From assembly GCA_959024545.1 (NCBI GenBank), contig CAUFFJ010000004.1:12584-76583 (forward strand): 64,000 nucleotides of DNA, given 5' to 3'. Each line of letters starts with the position of its first letter. Position 1 is the stretch's first letter. This document shows positions 40,488 through 51,531 of the stretch, piece by piece. The notes beneath the pieces were generated by a model. The model had not been told where the DNA came from, did no database searches, and worked only from the letters and a program-made list of their open reading frames with translations. The position numbers and the translations under genes were made by a program. This DNA is from an uncultured Bacteroidales bacterium. Its GTDB lineage: Bacteria > Bacteroidota > Bacteroidia > Bacteroidales > Muribaculaceae.

Positions 40488-41525
40488 TTGATAGAAATGA
40501 TAGACAGAATTAACGCACTCACAGCCGAAATAGAGGCTTTGCAGCCCTGCACAGCCGAACAGGCCGAGCAGCTCCGCATAAAATATCTGAGCAAGAAAGG
40601 ACTGGTGAGCGAGCTTTTCAATGACTTCCGCACCGTTCCGGCCGAACAGAAACGCGAAGTAGGTCAGGCGCTCAATAAGCTCAAGACCTTAGCTACTGAC
40701 AAAATCAACGCTCTCAAGGCCGGAGCAGCCGCAGCCGGGGAAGCCGCAGAGCTTGCCGAAATCGATCTGACCCGCTCGGCCACCCGTATGCCGCTCGGCA
40801 CACGCCATCCGCTGTCGCTGGTAAAAAACGAAATCATAGATATCTTCGGGCGCATGGGATTCACCATTGCCGAAGGGCCTGAGATAGAGGATGACTGGCA
40901 CGTATTCTCATCGCTCAATTTCCCGCCTGACCACCCGGCACGCGATATGCAGGATACATTCTTCATCTCGCGCAATCCGGTGGATGTGTTGCTGCGTACG
41001 CACACCTCTTCGGTGCAGACCCGCACAATGGAATCGGTAAAACCTCCTATCAGGATAGTCTGTCCGGGACGCGTATACCGCAACGAGGCTATCTCGGCCC
41101 GCGCCCATTGCTTCTTCCATCAGGTAGAGGGACTTTATATCGACCGCAACGTATCGTTTGCCGACCTCAAGCAGGCTCTGCTCTACTTCGCACGGCAGAT
41201 GTTCGGTCCTCAGACCAGCATCCGTCTGCGGCCCAGTTATTTCCCGTTTACAGAGCCTTCAGCCGAAATGGACATCAGCTGCGACCTTTGCGGCGGCAAG
41301 GGCTGCGCATTCTGCAAAGGTACGGGCTGGGTAGAAATCCTCGGTTGCGGAATGGTCGACCCAAATGTGCTTGAGGCCTGTGGCATCGACTCTTCAGTTT
41401 ATTCGGGATACGCCTTCGGAATGGGCGTGGAACGCATCGCCAATCTAAAATATCGCGTGAAGGATCTGCGTATGTTCTCTGAGAATGACCTGCGTTTCCT
41501 GCGCGAGTTTGAGGCCGCACACTGA
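40488..41525 (+). CDS. pheS: Phenylalanine--tRNA ligase alpha subunit
   Basis: 345 aa; class II aaRS motifs (...FPFTEPSAEMDI... GMGVERI...). Confidence 0.9.
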   Translation: MIEMIDRINALTAEIEALQPCTAEQAEQLRIKYLSKKGLVSELFNDFRTVPAEQKREVGQALNKLKTLATDKINALKAGAAAAGEAAELAEIDLTRSATRMPLGTRHPLSLVKNEIIDIFGRMGFTIAEGPEIEDDWHVFSSLNFPPDHPARDMQDTFFISRNPVDVLLRTHTSSVQTRTMESVKPPIRIVCPGRVYRNEAISARAHCFFHQVEGLYIDRNVSFADLKQALLYFARQMFGPQTSIRLRPSYFPFTEPSAEMDISCDLCGGKGCAFCKGTGWVEILGCGMVDPNVLEACGIDSSVYSGYAFGMGVERIANLKYRVKDLRMFSENDLRFLREFEAAH

Positions 41526-41538
41526 TATGTTTTAGCTG

Positions 41539-42183
41539 ATGACTATCAAAGAACGCTATGCAGGCGTCATCGAGTGGTTCTCGGCCAATATGCCTGACCC
41601 TAAGACCGAGTTGCATTACGACACGCCTTTCCATCTGCTTCTGGCCGTGATACTCTCGGCTCAGTGCACTGACAAGCGCGTGAACCAGTATGCGCCCGCT
41701 CTGTTTGAGGCTTATCCCACTCCGGAATCGCTCGCTTACGCCACGGAAGAGGAGGTATTTCCCTACATCAAAAGCATCTCATTCCCCAATAACAAGACCC
41801 GGCACATCATCCGCGCCGCGCGGACACTGGTCGAGGAATTTGGGGGCGAGATGCCGTCTGATATCGATTCGCTCATGCGGCTGCCCGGCGTAGGGAGGAA
41901 AACGGCCAACGTGATGCTGGCCGTAGTATGGGACAAGGCAGCCATGGCTGTCGATACCCACGTATTCCGTGTGAGCAACCGCATAGGTCTGACCGACAAC
42001 AGCAAGACTCCGCTCGCCACAGAAAAGACTCTGGTGAAATATTTTCCGGAAGAATTGCTGCCGAAGGCCCACCACTGGCTTATACTGCACGGGCGCTATG
42101 TATGCACCGCCCGGCGCCCTCACTGTGAAGAATGCGGAGTGCGTCCGTATTGCCGCACATTTCAGAGCGCCGGGAGCAAATAA
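41539..42183 (+). CDS. nth: Endonuclease III
   Basis: 214 aa; HhH-GPD (LPGVGRKTANVML); 4Fe-4S cluster C-x6-C-x2-C-x5-C. Confidence 0.9.
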   Translation: MTIKERYAGVIEWFSANMPDPKTELHYDTPFHLLLAVILSAQCTDKRVNQYAPALFEAYPTPESLAYATEEEVFPYIKSISFPNNKTRHIIRAARTLVEEFGGEMPSDIDSLMRLPGVGRKTANVMLAVVWDKAAMAVDTHVFRVSNRIGLTDNSKTPLATEKTLVKYFPEELLPKAHHWLILHGRYVCTARRPHCEECGVRPYCRTFQSAGSK

Positions 42184-42192
42184 ATTCTCTTA

Positions 42193-44478
42193 TCATGCCT
42201 CGGCCATTGCCGGCACAGGCATGGAGCGGCTGTTGAAGTCTGCATCGCGGAGCTTAGCGTATGCACGGATGTATTTGCGGACAGACGACACCATTTCCTG
42301 CGTCTCCTCAAGAAGATTGATGTATACATAAATCACCGACATGGCTTTCGGGTTATCCTCGCGCAGACTCTGATGCAAATCGTGGCGAAGGGTAGCCAGA
42401 CTGTCTTTGAGATGATCGCAGCCTGACCGAAGCATTCTCGCGCCCTCCGGAGTATAATCCTGCGTGAGGGCAATCGTGTCGTTGAGCAGTGTCTCCATAC
42501 GCAGGCATACGCGTGAATACCCGTCGTGATAATGCTCCGGCAATGGTAGCAGATTATCGGCGCAATGCTCCCGACAGACTTCATTTATGCGGATGAGATT
42601 ATACATTATGCCCATACAGCAGTTATTGCTCAGATGAAACCAGGTATTCTTTTCCAGCGCCTCGCGACGGTCTATGCTGCGCAGGCATAGTGTCTCCTTG
42701 CGGCGCAAATTTTTCATTACAGCTTTCTGCCGTTCCAGCCGACCGCGCATCTTCCCGAGCATACCGCTGTTGTCAGAGATAAAAGCATACGTTATCTTAC
42801 TGTACGCATCGGCCGCAAAGCCGAGATAATCCTGCTGGTGATCGGAGATATAGAGCATCAGCCTTGGCCACAGGTTCTCTTTGCTGTCGCTATTGACAAT
42901 CGACTGGAAAAGCAGGTCTCCGTTTTCCTCCTTTGCATCGGCTATCGACCGGCGGTTGCTTCTTACGATTATCACTATTGTTACCACTGCCAGCGCCAGC
43001 ATTACCCAATGGCCGCCCAGATGCATCAGCATCACTATGATGCCGGCACAGATGAAAGCAGCTCCGGCGGTGATAAACCATCCGCCGATAACTGAAATCA
43101 CACCTGTAACGCGGAATACGGCGCTCTCACGTCCCCATGCTCGGTCTGCCAGAGAGCTTCCCATCGCTACCATGAATGTAACGAATGTAGTGGATAGAGG
43201 CAGCTTTAGCGATGTTCCGAGAGCAATCAGAGCCCCGGCCAGAACAAGATTGACAGATCCGCGGATAAGATCGAAAGCCGCGCCCTGTTCCATAATGGTC
43301 TCTTCGGGATTAAAACGGCGGTCTATCCACTTCATCATACGCTGAGGCAACAGTCGTCTCGTTCCTTCCACAATTCTGATAGACAGGCGCACAATGCCGC
43401 GCGACAGCCGCGACGAGCCAAACATTTCTTCTCCTCCCTGCTGGCTTCCCAGCCCCACTTCGGTCTTTGTTACGCGCCGGGCTTTAGGAGACTTGGCCAA
43501 TGCCACCACCATAAACAGTCCGGCACCGATCAGGATGTATATCGGTGTCTGAGCCGGTCCGTTGAGCGCGCCCATCAGATAGCCGTGCGCATCGCCCGCA
43601 CCGTTGGCTGAATAATCTGCAAATGAGGATAGCCCGCTGAGAGGAACTCCTATGAAGTTGACAAGGTCATTACCTGCGAATGCCATTGCCAAAGAGAATG
43701 TGCCCGTCAGCACTATCCCTTTCAGCACATTCACTTTGAGGATGTAGAGCAATTGCATCAGCAGAGTGAAAAAGACCAGGCAGGCACCCACTATCAGCAG
43801 GGTATTGCTTTTGATCCAATCCTTCACCTCCGGAGTCATGAACACAAGATCCTTGGCTCCTTTGAGCAGCAGGAAATAGACGATTGCCGTAAGACAAAGG
43901 CCTCCGAAGATACCTATCTTCCATTTGAGGCGGCTGCGGTAGTTGAAACTGAATATCAGTCGCGTAATTGCCTGCACCACAGTGCCGAAGAAGAATGCTA
44001 TCGCCACCGAAAGGAAAATGCCCAATATCACCGACAAGGCTTTCTCTGTGTTCAGCAGTTCGCTGAATCCCAGTTCAGAGCCCCCGGTCATCTTTATTAT
44101 GGCCACCACAAACGTGGCGCCGAGAAGCTCGAATACCATCGAGACAGTGGTCGATGTAGGCATTCCCAGAGTGTTGAACACATCGAGAAGAATGACGTCG
44201 GTAACCATTACGGCCATGAATATGCAGATCAGATCGTAGAAAGAGAAATATTCCGGCCGGAATATACCGTGCCGGGCAATATCCATCATTCCGTTGCTCA
44301 TGGCGGCGCCAATGAAGACGCCTATCGAAGCCACGATAATCACGCGTTTGAACGGAGCGGCTTTCGACCCGATAGCCGAGTTGAGGAAGTTCACCGCATC
44401 ATTGCTCACGCCCACCATCAGGTCGAACACGGCAAGAATAAAAAGGAAAATAATTACAAATAGAAATACTGTTTCCAT
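42193..44478 (-). CDS. Inorganic phosphate transporter (PiT/PHO4 family), long form
   Basis: 761 aa; N-terminal GVSNDAVNFLNSAIGS... PHO4 repeat and multiple TMs. Confidence 0.7.
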   Translation of the reverse strand: METVFLFVIIFLFILAVFDLMVGVSNDAVNFLNSAIGSKAAPFKRVIIVASIGVFIGAAMSNGMMDIARHGIFRPEYFSFYDLICIFMAVMVTDVILLDVFNTLGMPTSTTVSMVFELLGATFVVAIIKMTGGSELGFSELLNTEKALSVILGIFLSVAIAFFFGTVVQAITRLIFSFNYRSRLKWKIGIFGGLCLTAIVYFLLLKGAKDLVFMTPEVKDWIKSNTLLIVGACLVFFTLLMQLLYILKVNVLKGIVLTGTFSLAMAFAGNDLVNFIGVPLSGLSSFADYSANGAGDAHGYLMGALNGPAQTPIYILIGAGLFMVVALAKSPKARRVTKTEVGLGSQQGGEEMFGSSRLSRGIVRLSIRIVEGTRRLLPQRMMKWIDRRFNPEETIMEQGAAFDLIRGSVNLVLAGALIALGTSLKLPLSTTFVTFMVAMGSSLADRAWGRESAVFRVTGVISVIGGWFITAGAAFICAGIIVMLMHLGGHWVMLALAVVTIVIIVRSNRRSIADAKEENGDLLFQSIVNSDSKENLWPRLMLYISDHQQDYLGFAADAYSKITYAFISDNSGMLGKMRGRLERQKAVMKNLRRKETLCLRSIDRREALEKNTWFHLSNNCCMGIMYNLIRINEVCREHCADNLLPLPEHYHDGYSRVCLRMETLLNDTIALTQDYTPEGARMLRSGCDHLKDSLATLRHDLHQSLREDNPKAMSVIYVYINLLEETQEMVSSVRKYIRAYAKLRDADFNSRSMPVPAMAEA

Positions 44479-44760
44479 CTATTCAGTTGATATTTTATGA
44501 GTTGAAGCCGATAAGATGTGGCGCCACATCATTTGTTGACTTTCACACTACAAAATAACAAGCAGAATATGACGTGGTTGTTTCCAAAATATTAAATAAA
44601 TATGAAATGCTCAGGGATGGAAATCAGGGACAGATAGATACTCATCTAAATGATAAGCCCGTGCAGGCTTCGCGCTTGCACGGGCTGTATGATTCGGATA
44701 ATCTTTCCGCTGCCCGATGTGGGTGGGTATGCGGAGATGATTTGTGTATATGGCCGGGAA

Positions 44761-46098
44761 TCAGATGATGCCCTGAGCCATCATGGCGTCGGCCACCTTC
44801 ATGAAGCCGGCGATGTTGGCGCCCTTCATGTAGTTGATGTAGCCGTCAGCCTGCTTGCCATATTTCACGCAGTTCTCGTGGATATCGTGCATGATGGTGT
44901 GCAGACGGTCGTCAACTTCCTTGGCTGACCACTGGAGATGCTCGGCGTCCTGCGACATTTCGAGGCCGGAAACGGCAACACCACCTGCGTTGACAGCCTT
45001 ACCGGGAGCGTAAGGAACTTTAGCAGCGAGGAAAGCGTCGATGGCTTCAGCCTGGCAACCCATGTTGGATACCTCGGCTACCATGAGCACCTTGTTGTCG
45101 ATAAGAGCCTTTGCGTCGGCGGGACCAACCTCGTTCTGGGTAGCGCAGGGAAGAGCGATGTCAACTTTCTGCTCCCAGGGCTTTTTGCCTGCAAAGAACT
45201 GTGAGCCGGGGAATTTGTCGGCATAGGGAGCCACGATGTCGTTGCCGCTGGCGCGGAGCTCGAGCATATAGGCGATTTTCTCCTCGTTGAGGCCGGCGGG
45301 ATCGTAGATGTATCCGTCGGGGCCGGAGATGGTAACGACTTTACCGCCGAGTTCAGTAGCCTTTGTGGCTGCGCCCCATGCTACGTTGCCGAAGCCTGAG
45401 ATAGCGATGGTCTTGCCCTTGATGTCGGTGCCGAGGTCTTTGAGCATATCTTCTACGAAGTAGAGAGCGCCGAAACCTGTAGCCTCGGGACGGATGCGTG
45501 AGCCGCCGAACGAGAGGCCTTTGCCGGTGAATGTACCGGTGTTCTCACGGGCGAGCTTCTTGTACATACCGTACATGTAGCCAACTTCGCGGCCGCCTAC
45601 GCCTATGTCGCCGGCGGGTACGTCGCGGTCGGGACCGAGGTTGCGCCAGAGCTCCATAACGAATGCCTGGCAGAAACGCATGATTTCAGCGTCGCTCTTG
45701 CCGCGCGGGCTGAAGTCGGAGCCGCCTTTGCCACCGCCCATGGGCAGAGTGGTGAGGGCGTTTTTGAATGTCTGCTCGAAGCCGAGGAATTTCAGGATCG
45801 AGAGGTTGACGGAAGCGTGGAAACGGATACCGCCTTTGTAGGGGCCAATGGCGTTGTTGAACTGTACGCGATAGCCTATGTTGTTTTGAACCTCACCCTT
45901 GTCGTCGACCCAGGTTACACGGAATGTGAAGATGCGGTCGGGCTCTACCATGCGCTCGATGATGCGGGCTTTCTCGTATTCGGGGTGCTGGTTGTAGACG
46001 TCTTCTACGCAGAGGAGCACTTCTTTTACAGCCTGGAGGAATTCCTTCTCACCGGGATGCTTGGCCTCGAGGTTGGCCATGATTTCATTAATGTTCAT
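44761..46098 (-). CDS. gdhA: NADP-specific glutamate dehydrogenase
   Basis: 445 aa; ...LPMGGGKGGSDF... Glu/Leu/Phe/Val dehydrogenase signature. Confidence 0.9.
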   Translation of the reverse strand: MNINEIMANLEAKHPGEKEFLQAVKEVLLCVEDVYNQHPEYEKARIIERMVEPDRIFTFRVTWVDDKGEVQNNIGYRVQFNNAIGPYKGGIRFHASVNLSILKFLGFEQTFKNALTTLPMGGGKGGSDFSPRGKSDAEIMRFCQAFVMELWRNLGPDRDVPAGDIGVGGREVGYMYGMYKKLARENTGTFTGKGLSFGGSRIRPEATGFGALYFVEDMLKDLGTDIKGKTIAISGFGNVAWGAATKATELGGKVVTISGPDGYIYDPAGLNEEKIAYMLELRASGNDIVAPYADKFPGSQFFAGKKPWEQKVDIALPCATQNEVGPADAKALIDNKVLMVAEVSNMGCQAEAIDAFLAAKVPYAPGKAVNAGGVAVSGLEMSQDAEHLQWSAKEVDDRLHTIMHDIHENCVKYGKQADGYINYMKGANIAGFMKVADAMMAQGII

Positions 46099-46388
46099 GT
46101 CAGTCAGTTTTAGATTTATGGGTTAAAACTTGTGTCTTTCTGTATAAAAGCGAGGGACGCTAACGGGTATCGGCCTCCTTCACCTTAATTCGCTGCAAAA
46201 GTACAACGAAATTTGTTATCGGCCAAAGAAAAACTAATTTATTTTCGGAAATTTTTTTGGCAAAATGCAATTAGTGCGGTGCGTGGAGACCCTGAAGGCG
46301 TCCCCGTCGGTTGCACTATGCCATTTTAGAGCAGTTTTTCAGATAGACGTAGTCTGTGGCCAGGGGTGAATGGCTGTGCTGAGTGCGC

Positions 46389-47720
46389 CTATTCGAGCAC
46401 GAATGTCATTGATGTGGGCTTGTTTTTCTTACCCCACTCGCCCGAATACTGATAGGCGGAGCCGCGTCGGAATTCGGAGTGGAGCGTCCAGTAAGATGTC
46501 TCCGAGCCGTGCCCTAAGCGTATCTTCACATCGCCGGTATATGAGTCGACATAGCCGTTCACATCGAGGCTGATGCCGTTCTCATTATGATAGCGGCCTA
46601 CGATTGAGCCATTGGGCAGAAGCACTCCGTTTACAGCTACGTTGTGGTCGCTAATGTAGCCCTCGCCGCGTATCACGCGCACATTGTCGCGCGATGCGAG
46701 TTCGTCGAGTTCGTAGCTATAGTCTGAGCCTATGTTGTAATTGGGATATTTGTTTGCTGCATGGCCCGAGATGGGGAGCGCGTTTGAGTCGTAGGTGTAC
46801 TGACGGTGAGGCGTTTCGTCGGCCTCTTTGGTCTCCTCTTCCACCTCCATAGGTTTGTCTGACTCAGTGGTAACCGTAATGGAATCGGTCTCAGTCTCTG
46901 AATAATAGTATGGTTTGGGCGAATCGTCGCCGAAAGCACCTCCGAGGCCTGCCAGACCCAGCACTACAGCTATCGCAGCTGCCACAGTGATAATCCAGTC
47001 TGTGAGCTTGAAGCGCGATGGAGCCGTCTGCGATCTGGTATCAATCCCAGGTTGGCAGAAAAATATGAGAAGTATGATGGAGCCCACGCCCGGGATAAGC
47101 GAGAGGAAAAACATCGGCCAGCTATGTCCTGCATCGCGCAGACGGCGAATCTCGAAAGCGAGACCTGGAATAAACAGAGCCAGACCGTAAATGCCGCCTG
47201 CGATGCAGAGTGCGATGAGCGCATCCGTACTTCCTCCGCAAAGCGCTCCGATGAACATTGCCACGCCATAGAGGCCGTAACAGACCACCATATTGGCTAC
47301 CACGCTGTGCCAGAAATCGCCACGTGAGATGCGCGATGTGAAGTCGGCATATTGCCGGAAAAATGTGCCGGCGAAATATTTATTGAAGAAAGCCATCGGA
47401 GTTTCCCGGGTCTCCTCGATGAAATAGCCGCCTCCGACTTCCTGACCAGAATATATCGGGGTTTGTGGGGGTTGCTGAGGTTGTGGGCTTTGCGGGACTT
47501 GCTCGTATAGCGTTTCTGCTATTACAGTTTGCGGGGGAGCAGGAACAGCAGGTTGTTGGGCAGGGAAAGGCGGAGGTGTCGGGGACATGGGTTCTTCCGA
47601 TGCTGCGGGTCGGGCAGGCTGGTCAGCAGAGTGACCGGCATCGTCGAGCCATTCGCCGCAATACCGGCATTTTTTCGCTTCGTCGCGGATTTCTTCGCCG
47701 CAGTAGGGGCAGTGTTTCAT
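46389..47720 (-). CDS. DUF805 membrane protein with N-terminal zinc-ribbon and Pro/Gln-rich linker
   Basis: 443 aa; CPYCG..(x)..CRYCG; DUF805 hallmark ...RRLRDAGHSWPMFFLSLIPGVGSIILLIFFC... Confidence 0.6.
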   Translation of the reverse strand: MKHCPYCGEEIRDEAKKCRYCGEWLDDAGHSADQPARPAASEEPMSPTPPPFPAQQPAVPAPPQTVIAETLYEQVPQSPQPQQPPQTPIYSGQEVGGGYFIEETRETPMAFFNKYFAGTFFRQYADFTSRISRGDFWHSVVANMVVCYGLYGVAMFIGALCGGSTDALIALCIAGGIYGLALFIPGLAFEIRRLRDAGHSWPMFFLSLIPGVGSIILLIFFCQPGIDTRSQTAPSRFKLTDWIITVAAAIAVVLGLAGLGGAFGDDSPKPYYYSETETDSITVTTESDKPMEVEEETKEADETPHRQYTYDSNALPISGHAANKYPNYNIGSDYSYELDELASRDNVRVIRGEGYISDHNVAVNGVLLPNGSIVGRYHNENGISLDVNGYVDSYTGDVKIRLGHGSETSYWTLHSEFRRGSAYQYSGEWGKKNKPTSMTFVLE

Positions 47721-47892
47721 GATTCAGGCAAATTTGTAATGAGTTTATAGGGCAGCCACAATGAGTGGTTGAATGGGGGAACCGGAGTAGGAAAAAGGGC
47801 AGCGGCCCTGGGGCACGAGGCTGGTATGTGCCTCGCGGACCTCAAGACCGCCGTTCAGAGTTTCTCAGTGCAACGTTATGTCATTGACTGGC

Positions 47893-48243
47893 TCAGGCGT
47901 TCTTTACCTTGTCAACGATAGCCTTGAAAGCCTCGGGATTGTTCATGGCCAGGTCGGCGAGCACCTTGCGGTTGATCTCTATTCCGGCTTTGTGAATCAG
48001 GCCCATGAGCTTGGAGTAGGAGAGATCTTCGAGGCGTGCGGCGGCATTGATACGCTGTATCCAGAGAGCGCGGAAGTTGCGCTTTTTCTGCTTGCGGTCG
48101 CGATAGGCGTATGTCAGACCTTTCTCCCAGGTATTTTTGGCGACGGTCCAGACGTTGCGGCGGCTACCGTAGTAACCGCGTGTGAGTTTCAGTATTTTTT
48201 TTCTTTTTGCACGTGATGCGACGTGGTTTACTGATCTTGGCAT
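47893..48243 (-). CDS. rplT: 50S ribosomal protein L20
   Basis: 116 aa; [26 protein letters not shown]... Confidence 0.9.
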   Translation of the reverse strand: MPRSVNHVASRAKRKKILKLTRGYYGSRRNVWTVAKNTWEKGLTYAYRDRKQKKRNFRALWIQRINAAARLEDLSYSKLMGLIHKAGIEINRKVLADLAMNNPEAFKAIVDKVKNA

Positions 48244-48357
48244 CTTTTTTTGTTTTTTGGACGTGGGCGGCCTTGCAATGTATGTTTAAGCTCTTAGGTG
48301 CCCGGCATCCGGTTAATAAAAAAAATTGTTATTGTGTCAGAGGCGAGAGGAGGTTGC

Positions 48358-48555
48358 TTATCGCAGGTTGAGCAGTTCGCGCACGGCCTTGCGGTTGGCA
48401 TCGTTCACCAGAGCGGTGTGGTCGAGGTTGCGTTTGCGCTTGGTCGATTTCTTTGTCAGAATGTGGCTGTGATAAGCGTGTTTTCTTTTGATTTTGCCTG
48501 TGCCGGTGAGCGCGAAACGCTTTTTGCTGGCACAGTTGGTCTTAACCTTTGGCAT
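48358..48555 (-). CDS. rpmI: 50S ribosomal protein L35
   Basis: 65 aa; [14 protein letters not shown]... Confidence 0.9.
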   Translation of the reverse strand: MPKVKTNCASKKRFALTGTGKIKRKHAYHSHILTKKSTKRKRNLDHTALVNDANRKAVRELLNLR

Positions 48556-48616
48556 GAGTTTTGAAAAATTTAGTTGGTTGTCATTTCACCTCAGCACATG
48601 GTGCTTACGGTCTCAT

Positions 48617-49363
48617 TTATTTTTGATTGGAAGAATCTTCTGTCTTGTCGGGCGCATCGGCATCCGCAGGCTTCGTTTCCTCTGCTTCGGGGCCTTTAGG
48701 GGCTTTGGCGGCTGCCTTGGCCTCGCCTTTCTTGTCAGGTGCCTCGGCTTTGGCTTCCTTCTTGGGAGCGGTCTTGAGCGGCGAGAGCATGATAGTCATG
48801 CGTTTGCCCTCAAGCACGGGCATCATCTCTACCTTACCGTATTCCTCAAGGTCGTTGGCGAATCTGAGCAGGAGCACCTCGCCTTGTTCCTTAAAGAGGA
48901 TGGAGCGGCCGCGGAAGAATACGTAAGCCTTCACTTTCGAGCCTTCCTGAAGGAAGCCCTTGGCGTGCTTGAGCTTGAAGTTGTAGTCGTGGTCGTCGGT
49001 CTGCGGGCCGAATCGGATTTCCTTGACCACAACTTTGGCTGCCTTGGCCTTCTGCTCTTTCTGGCGCTTCTTCTGCTGATAGAGGAATTTCTGATAGTCG
49101 ATGATGCGGCACACGGGGGGCTCGGCGGTCGGGGAGATCTCGACCAGGTCGAGTTCCTGCTGGCGCGCCATGCGCAGAGCCTTGTCGATGGGATATATTC
49201 CCTGCTCCACGTTATCGCCGACTACGCGCACCTCGCGGGCACGAATCTGCTCGTTGATGTAATGAGGGTATTGTTTGCCCTGGCCGGGGCGCGGGCGCTG
49301 CGAGGGACGGGGGCGTGAGCCTCCGGGACGGCGAGATCCGCTGAATTGTGGTTTTTTCTCCAT
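48617..49363 (-). CDS. infC: Translation initiation factor IF-3 (with low-complexity N- and C-terminal extensions as predicted)
   Basis: IF3 core [43 protein letters not shown]... plus a C-terminal [25 protein letters not shown] tail. The true (possibly non-ATG) start is uncertain. Confidence 0.8.
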   Translation of the reverse strand: MEKKPQFSGSRRPGGSRPRPSQRPRPGQGKQYPHYINEQIRAREVRVVGDNVEQGIYPIDKALRMARQQELDLVEISPTAEPPVCRIIDYQKFLYQQKKRQKEQKAKAAKVVVKEIRFGPQTDDHDYNFKLKHAKGFLQEGSKVKAYVFFRGRSILFKEQGEVLLLRFANDLEEYGKVEMMPVLEGKRMTIMLSPLKTAPKKEAKAEAPDKKGEAKAAAKAPKGPEAEETKPADADAPDKTEDSSNQK

Positions 49364-49422
49364 TCGGTAGGTTTAGCCGGCCTGTGATACTATTTATTGG
49401 CCGGGGGTGTGGTTTGATTATA

Positions 49423-51369
49423 TTAGCCGATCATTTGTTCAACTTCGGAATTGATGAGAGCGGCAAATTCGCCGATCGACATCTTGCCTTTGTCTCCTTC
49501 GCCCTGACGGCGCACAGCCACCTGCGAGTCGGCCATTTCCTGCTCGCCGACTATCAGCAGATAGGGCACTTTCTTAAGCTCATTGTCGCGGATTTTCTTG
49601 CCGATTTTCTCGTTGCGGTCATCCACGTATGCGCGTACGCCGTCCTTATCGAGGCGCTTGGCCACTTCGTAGGCGTAATCGTTGAACTTCTCGCTTATGG
49701 GGAGTATCACGGCCTGCTCGGGGATGAGCCACAGCGGCAGTTTGCCGGCGGTATGCTCAAGCAGCACGGCCACGAAGCGCTCCATTGAGCCGAAGGGCGC
49801 GCGGTGTATCATCACCGGACGGTGCTTCTGGTTGTCGGCGCCGGTATATTCCAGACCGAAGCGCTCGGGCAGATTGTAATCCACCTGAATGGTTCCGAGC
49901 TGCCAGCGGCGTCCGATGGCGTCCTTTACCATGAAGTCGAGCTTAGGCCCGTAGAAAGCGGCTTCGCCTTCTACCTGACGTGCCTTGAGCCCCTTTTCGG
50001 CGCAAGCCTCTATAATGGCGTTCTCGGCGAGATGCCAGTTCTCGTCGCTGCCGATGTATTTTGTCTTGTTGTCGGGGTCGCGCAGAGAGATCTGAGCCTC
50101 GAAGTTGTCGAATTTCAGAGCCTTGAAGATGTAGAGGATTATGTCCATCACTTTGAGGAACTCATCCTTGATCTGCTCGGGGGCACAGAAGATGTGCGCG
50201 TCGTCCTGCGTGAATCCGCGCACACGTGTCAGGCCGTGGAGCTCGCCGCTCTGCTCGTAGCGGTAGACGGTGCCGAACTCGGCCAGCCGCAGCGGCAGCT
50301 CGCGGTATGAGCGCGGCGAAGTCTTATAGATTTCGCAGTGGTGAGGGCAGTTCATGGGCTTGAGCATATACTCTTCGCCCTCCTCGGGAGTGCGGATGGG
50401 CTGGAACGAATCCTTGCCGTATTTGGCCCAGTGGCCTGAGGTTACGTACAGGTTCTTGTTGCCGATATGCGGGGTGATTACCTGCAGGTAGCCGTATTGT
50501 TTCTGAATCTTGCGGAGGAACTGCTCCAGACGGTCGCGCAGGGCGGCTCCTTTGGGAAGCCAGAGGGGAAGTCCCTGGCCTACTGTCGGAGAGAAGGCGA
50601 AGAGCTCCATCTCCTTGCCGAGCTTGCGGTGGTCGCGCTTCTTGGCCTCTTCGAGCAATACGAGGTATTCGTCGAGCATCTTCTTCTTGGGGAAAGTGAT
50701 GCCGTATACGCGCACAAGCTGCTGGCGCTTCTCATCGCCGCGCCAGTATGCGCCTGCGAGTGAGAGCACTTTCACGGCTTTGATAGGTGCTGTGGAGGGA
50801 AGATGCGGGCCGCGGCAGAGGTCGGTGAAGGCGCCCTGCGTGTATGTAGTGATGTGGCCGTCTTCAAGCTCGCTTATCAGTTCGCATTTGTATACTTCGC
50901 CACGGTCGCCAAACATCTTGAGGGCGTCGGCCTTCGAGATGTCGGCACGGCGTATTTCCTCCTTTTTGGCCACAAGCTCCATCATCTTCTTCTCGATTTT
51001 CGGGAAATCTTCCGAAGTGATTTTGTGCTCGCCCGGGTCGATGTCGTAATAGAAGCCGTTTTCGATGGCCGGGCCTATTCCGAACTTGACGCCGGGGTAT
51101 AGTTCCTGGAGCGCTTCAGCGAGAAGATGGGCCGAAGAGTGCCAGAAAGCGTGCTTGCCCTCGGGGTTGTCCCATTTGAAGAGCTCGATAGAGGCATCCG
51201 AATCGATGGGGCGGGAGATGTCCCACTCCTCTCCGTTCACCTTGGCTGCGAGCACGTCGGCCGCAAAGCGCGGGCTGATGCTTTCAGCTATCTCTCTGGG
51301 AGTAACGCTGGGCTCATACTGCCTCTGGTTACCGTCCGGGAAAGTTATATTTATCATATTGATATTCAA
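49423..51369 (-). CDS. thrS: Threonine--tRNA ligase
   Basis: 648 aa; TGS domain N-terminus; class II core. Confidence 0.9.
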   Translation of the reverse strand: MNINMINITFPDGNQRQYEPSVTPREIAESISPRFAADVLAAKVNGEEWDISRPIDSDASIELFKWDNPEGKHAFWHSSAHLLAEALQELYPGVKFGIGPAIENGFYYDIDPGEHKITSEDFPKIEKKMMELVAKKEEIRRADISKADALKMFGDRGEVYKCELISELEDGHITTYTQGAFTDLCRGPHLPSTAPIKAVKVLSLAGAYWRGDEKRQQLVRVYGITFPKKKMLDEYLVLLEEAKKRDHRKLGKEMELFAFSPTVGQGLPLWLPKGAALRDRLEQFLRKIQKQYGYLQVITPHIGNKNLYVTSGHWAKYGKDSFQPIRTPEEGEEYMLKPMNCPHHCEIYKTSPRSYRELPLRLAEFGTVYRYEQSGELHGLTRVRGFTQDDAHIFCAPEQIKDEFLKVMDIILYIFKALKFDNFEAQISLRDPDNKTKYIGSDENWHLAENAIIEACAEKGLKARQVEGEAAFYGPKLDFMVKDAIGRRWQLGTIQVDYNLPERFGLEYTGADNQKHRPVMIHRAPFGSMERFVAVLLEHTAGKLPLWLIPEQAVILPISEKFNDYAYEVAKRLDKDGVRAYVDDRNEKIGKKIRDNELKKVPYLLIVGEQEMADSQVAVRRQGEGDKGKMSIGEFAALINSEVEQMIG

Positions 51370-51531
51370 GAATTTACATGGTTATTGCAGTCGCGGCGGC
51401 ACACATTTGCGCCGTCGAGACCGCTATAAATCGCGCAAAGATACGAATAATTCGGCAGATACCCAAATTTTTTAATCTTTTTTGAAAAGATCCGGGTATG
51501 GATTCCATTAAACGGATTCCATCTATATCAG

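Noticed and set aside
42193-44478. Unusually long (761 aa) PiT phosphate transporter as a possible fusion
   Set aside because: Long PHO4-family transporters with a large central hydrophilic loop are common in Bacteroidales. No second domain signature was seen.
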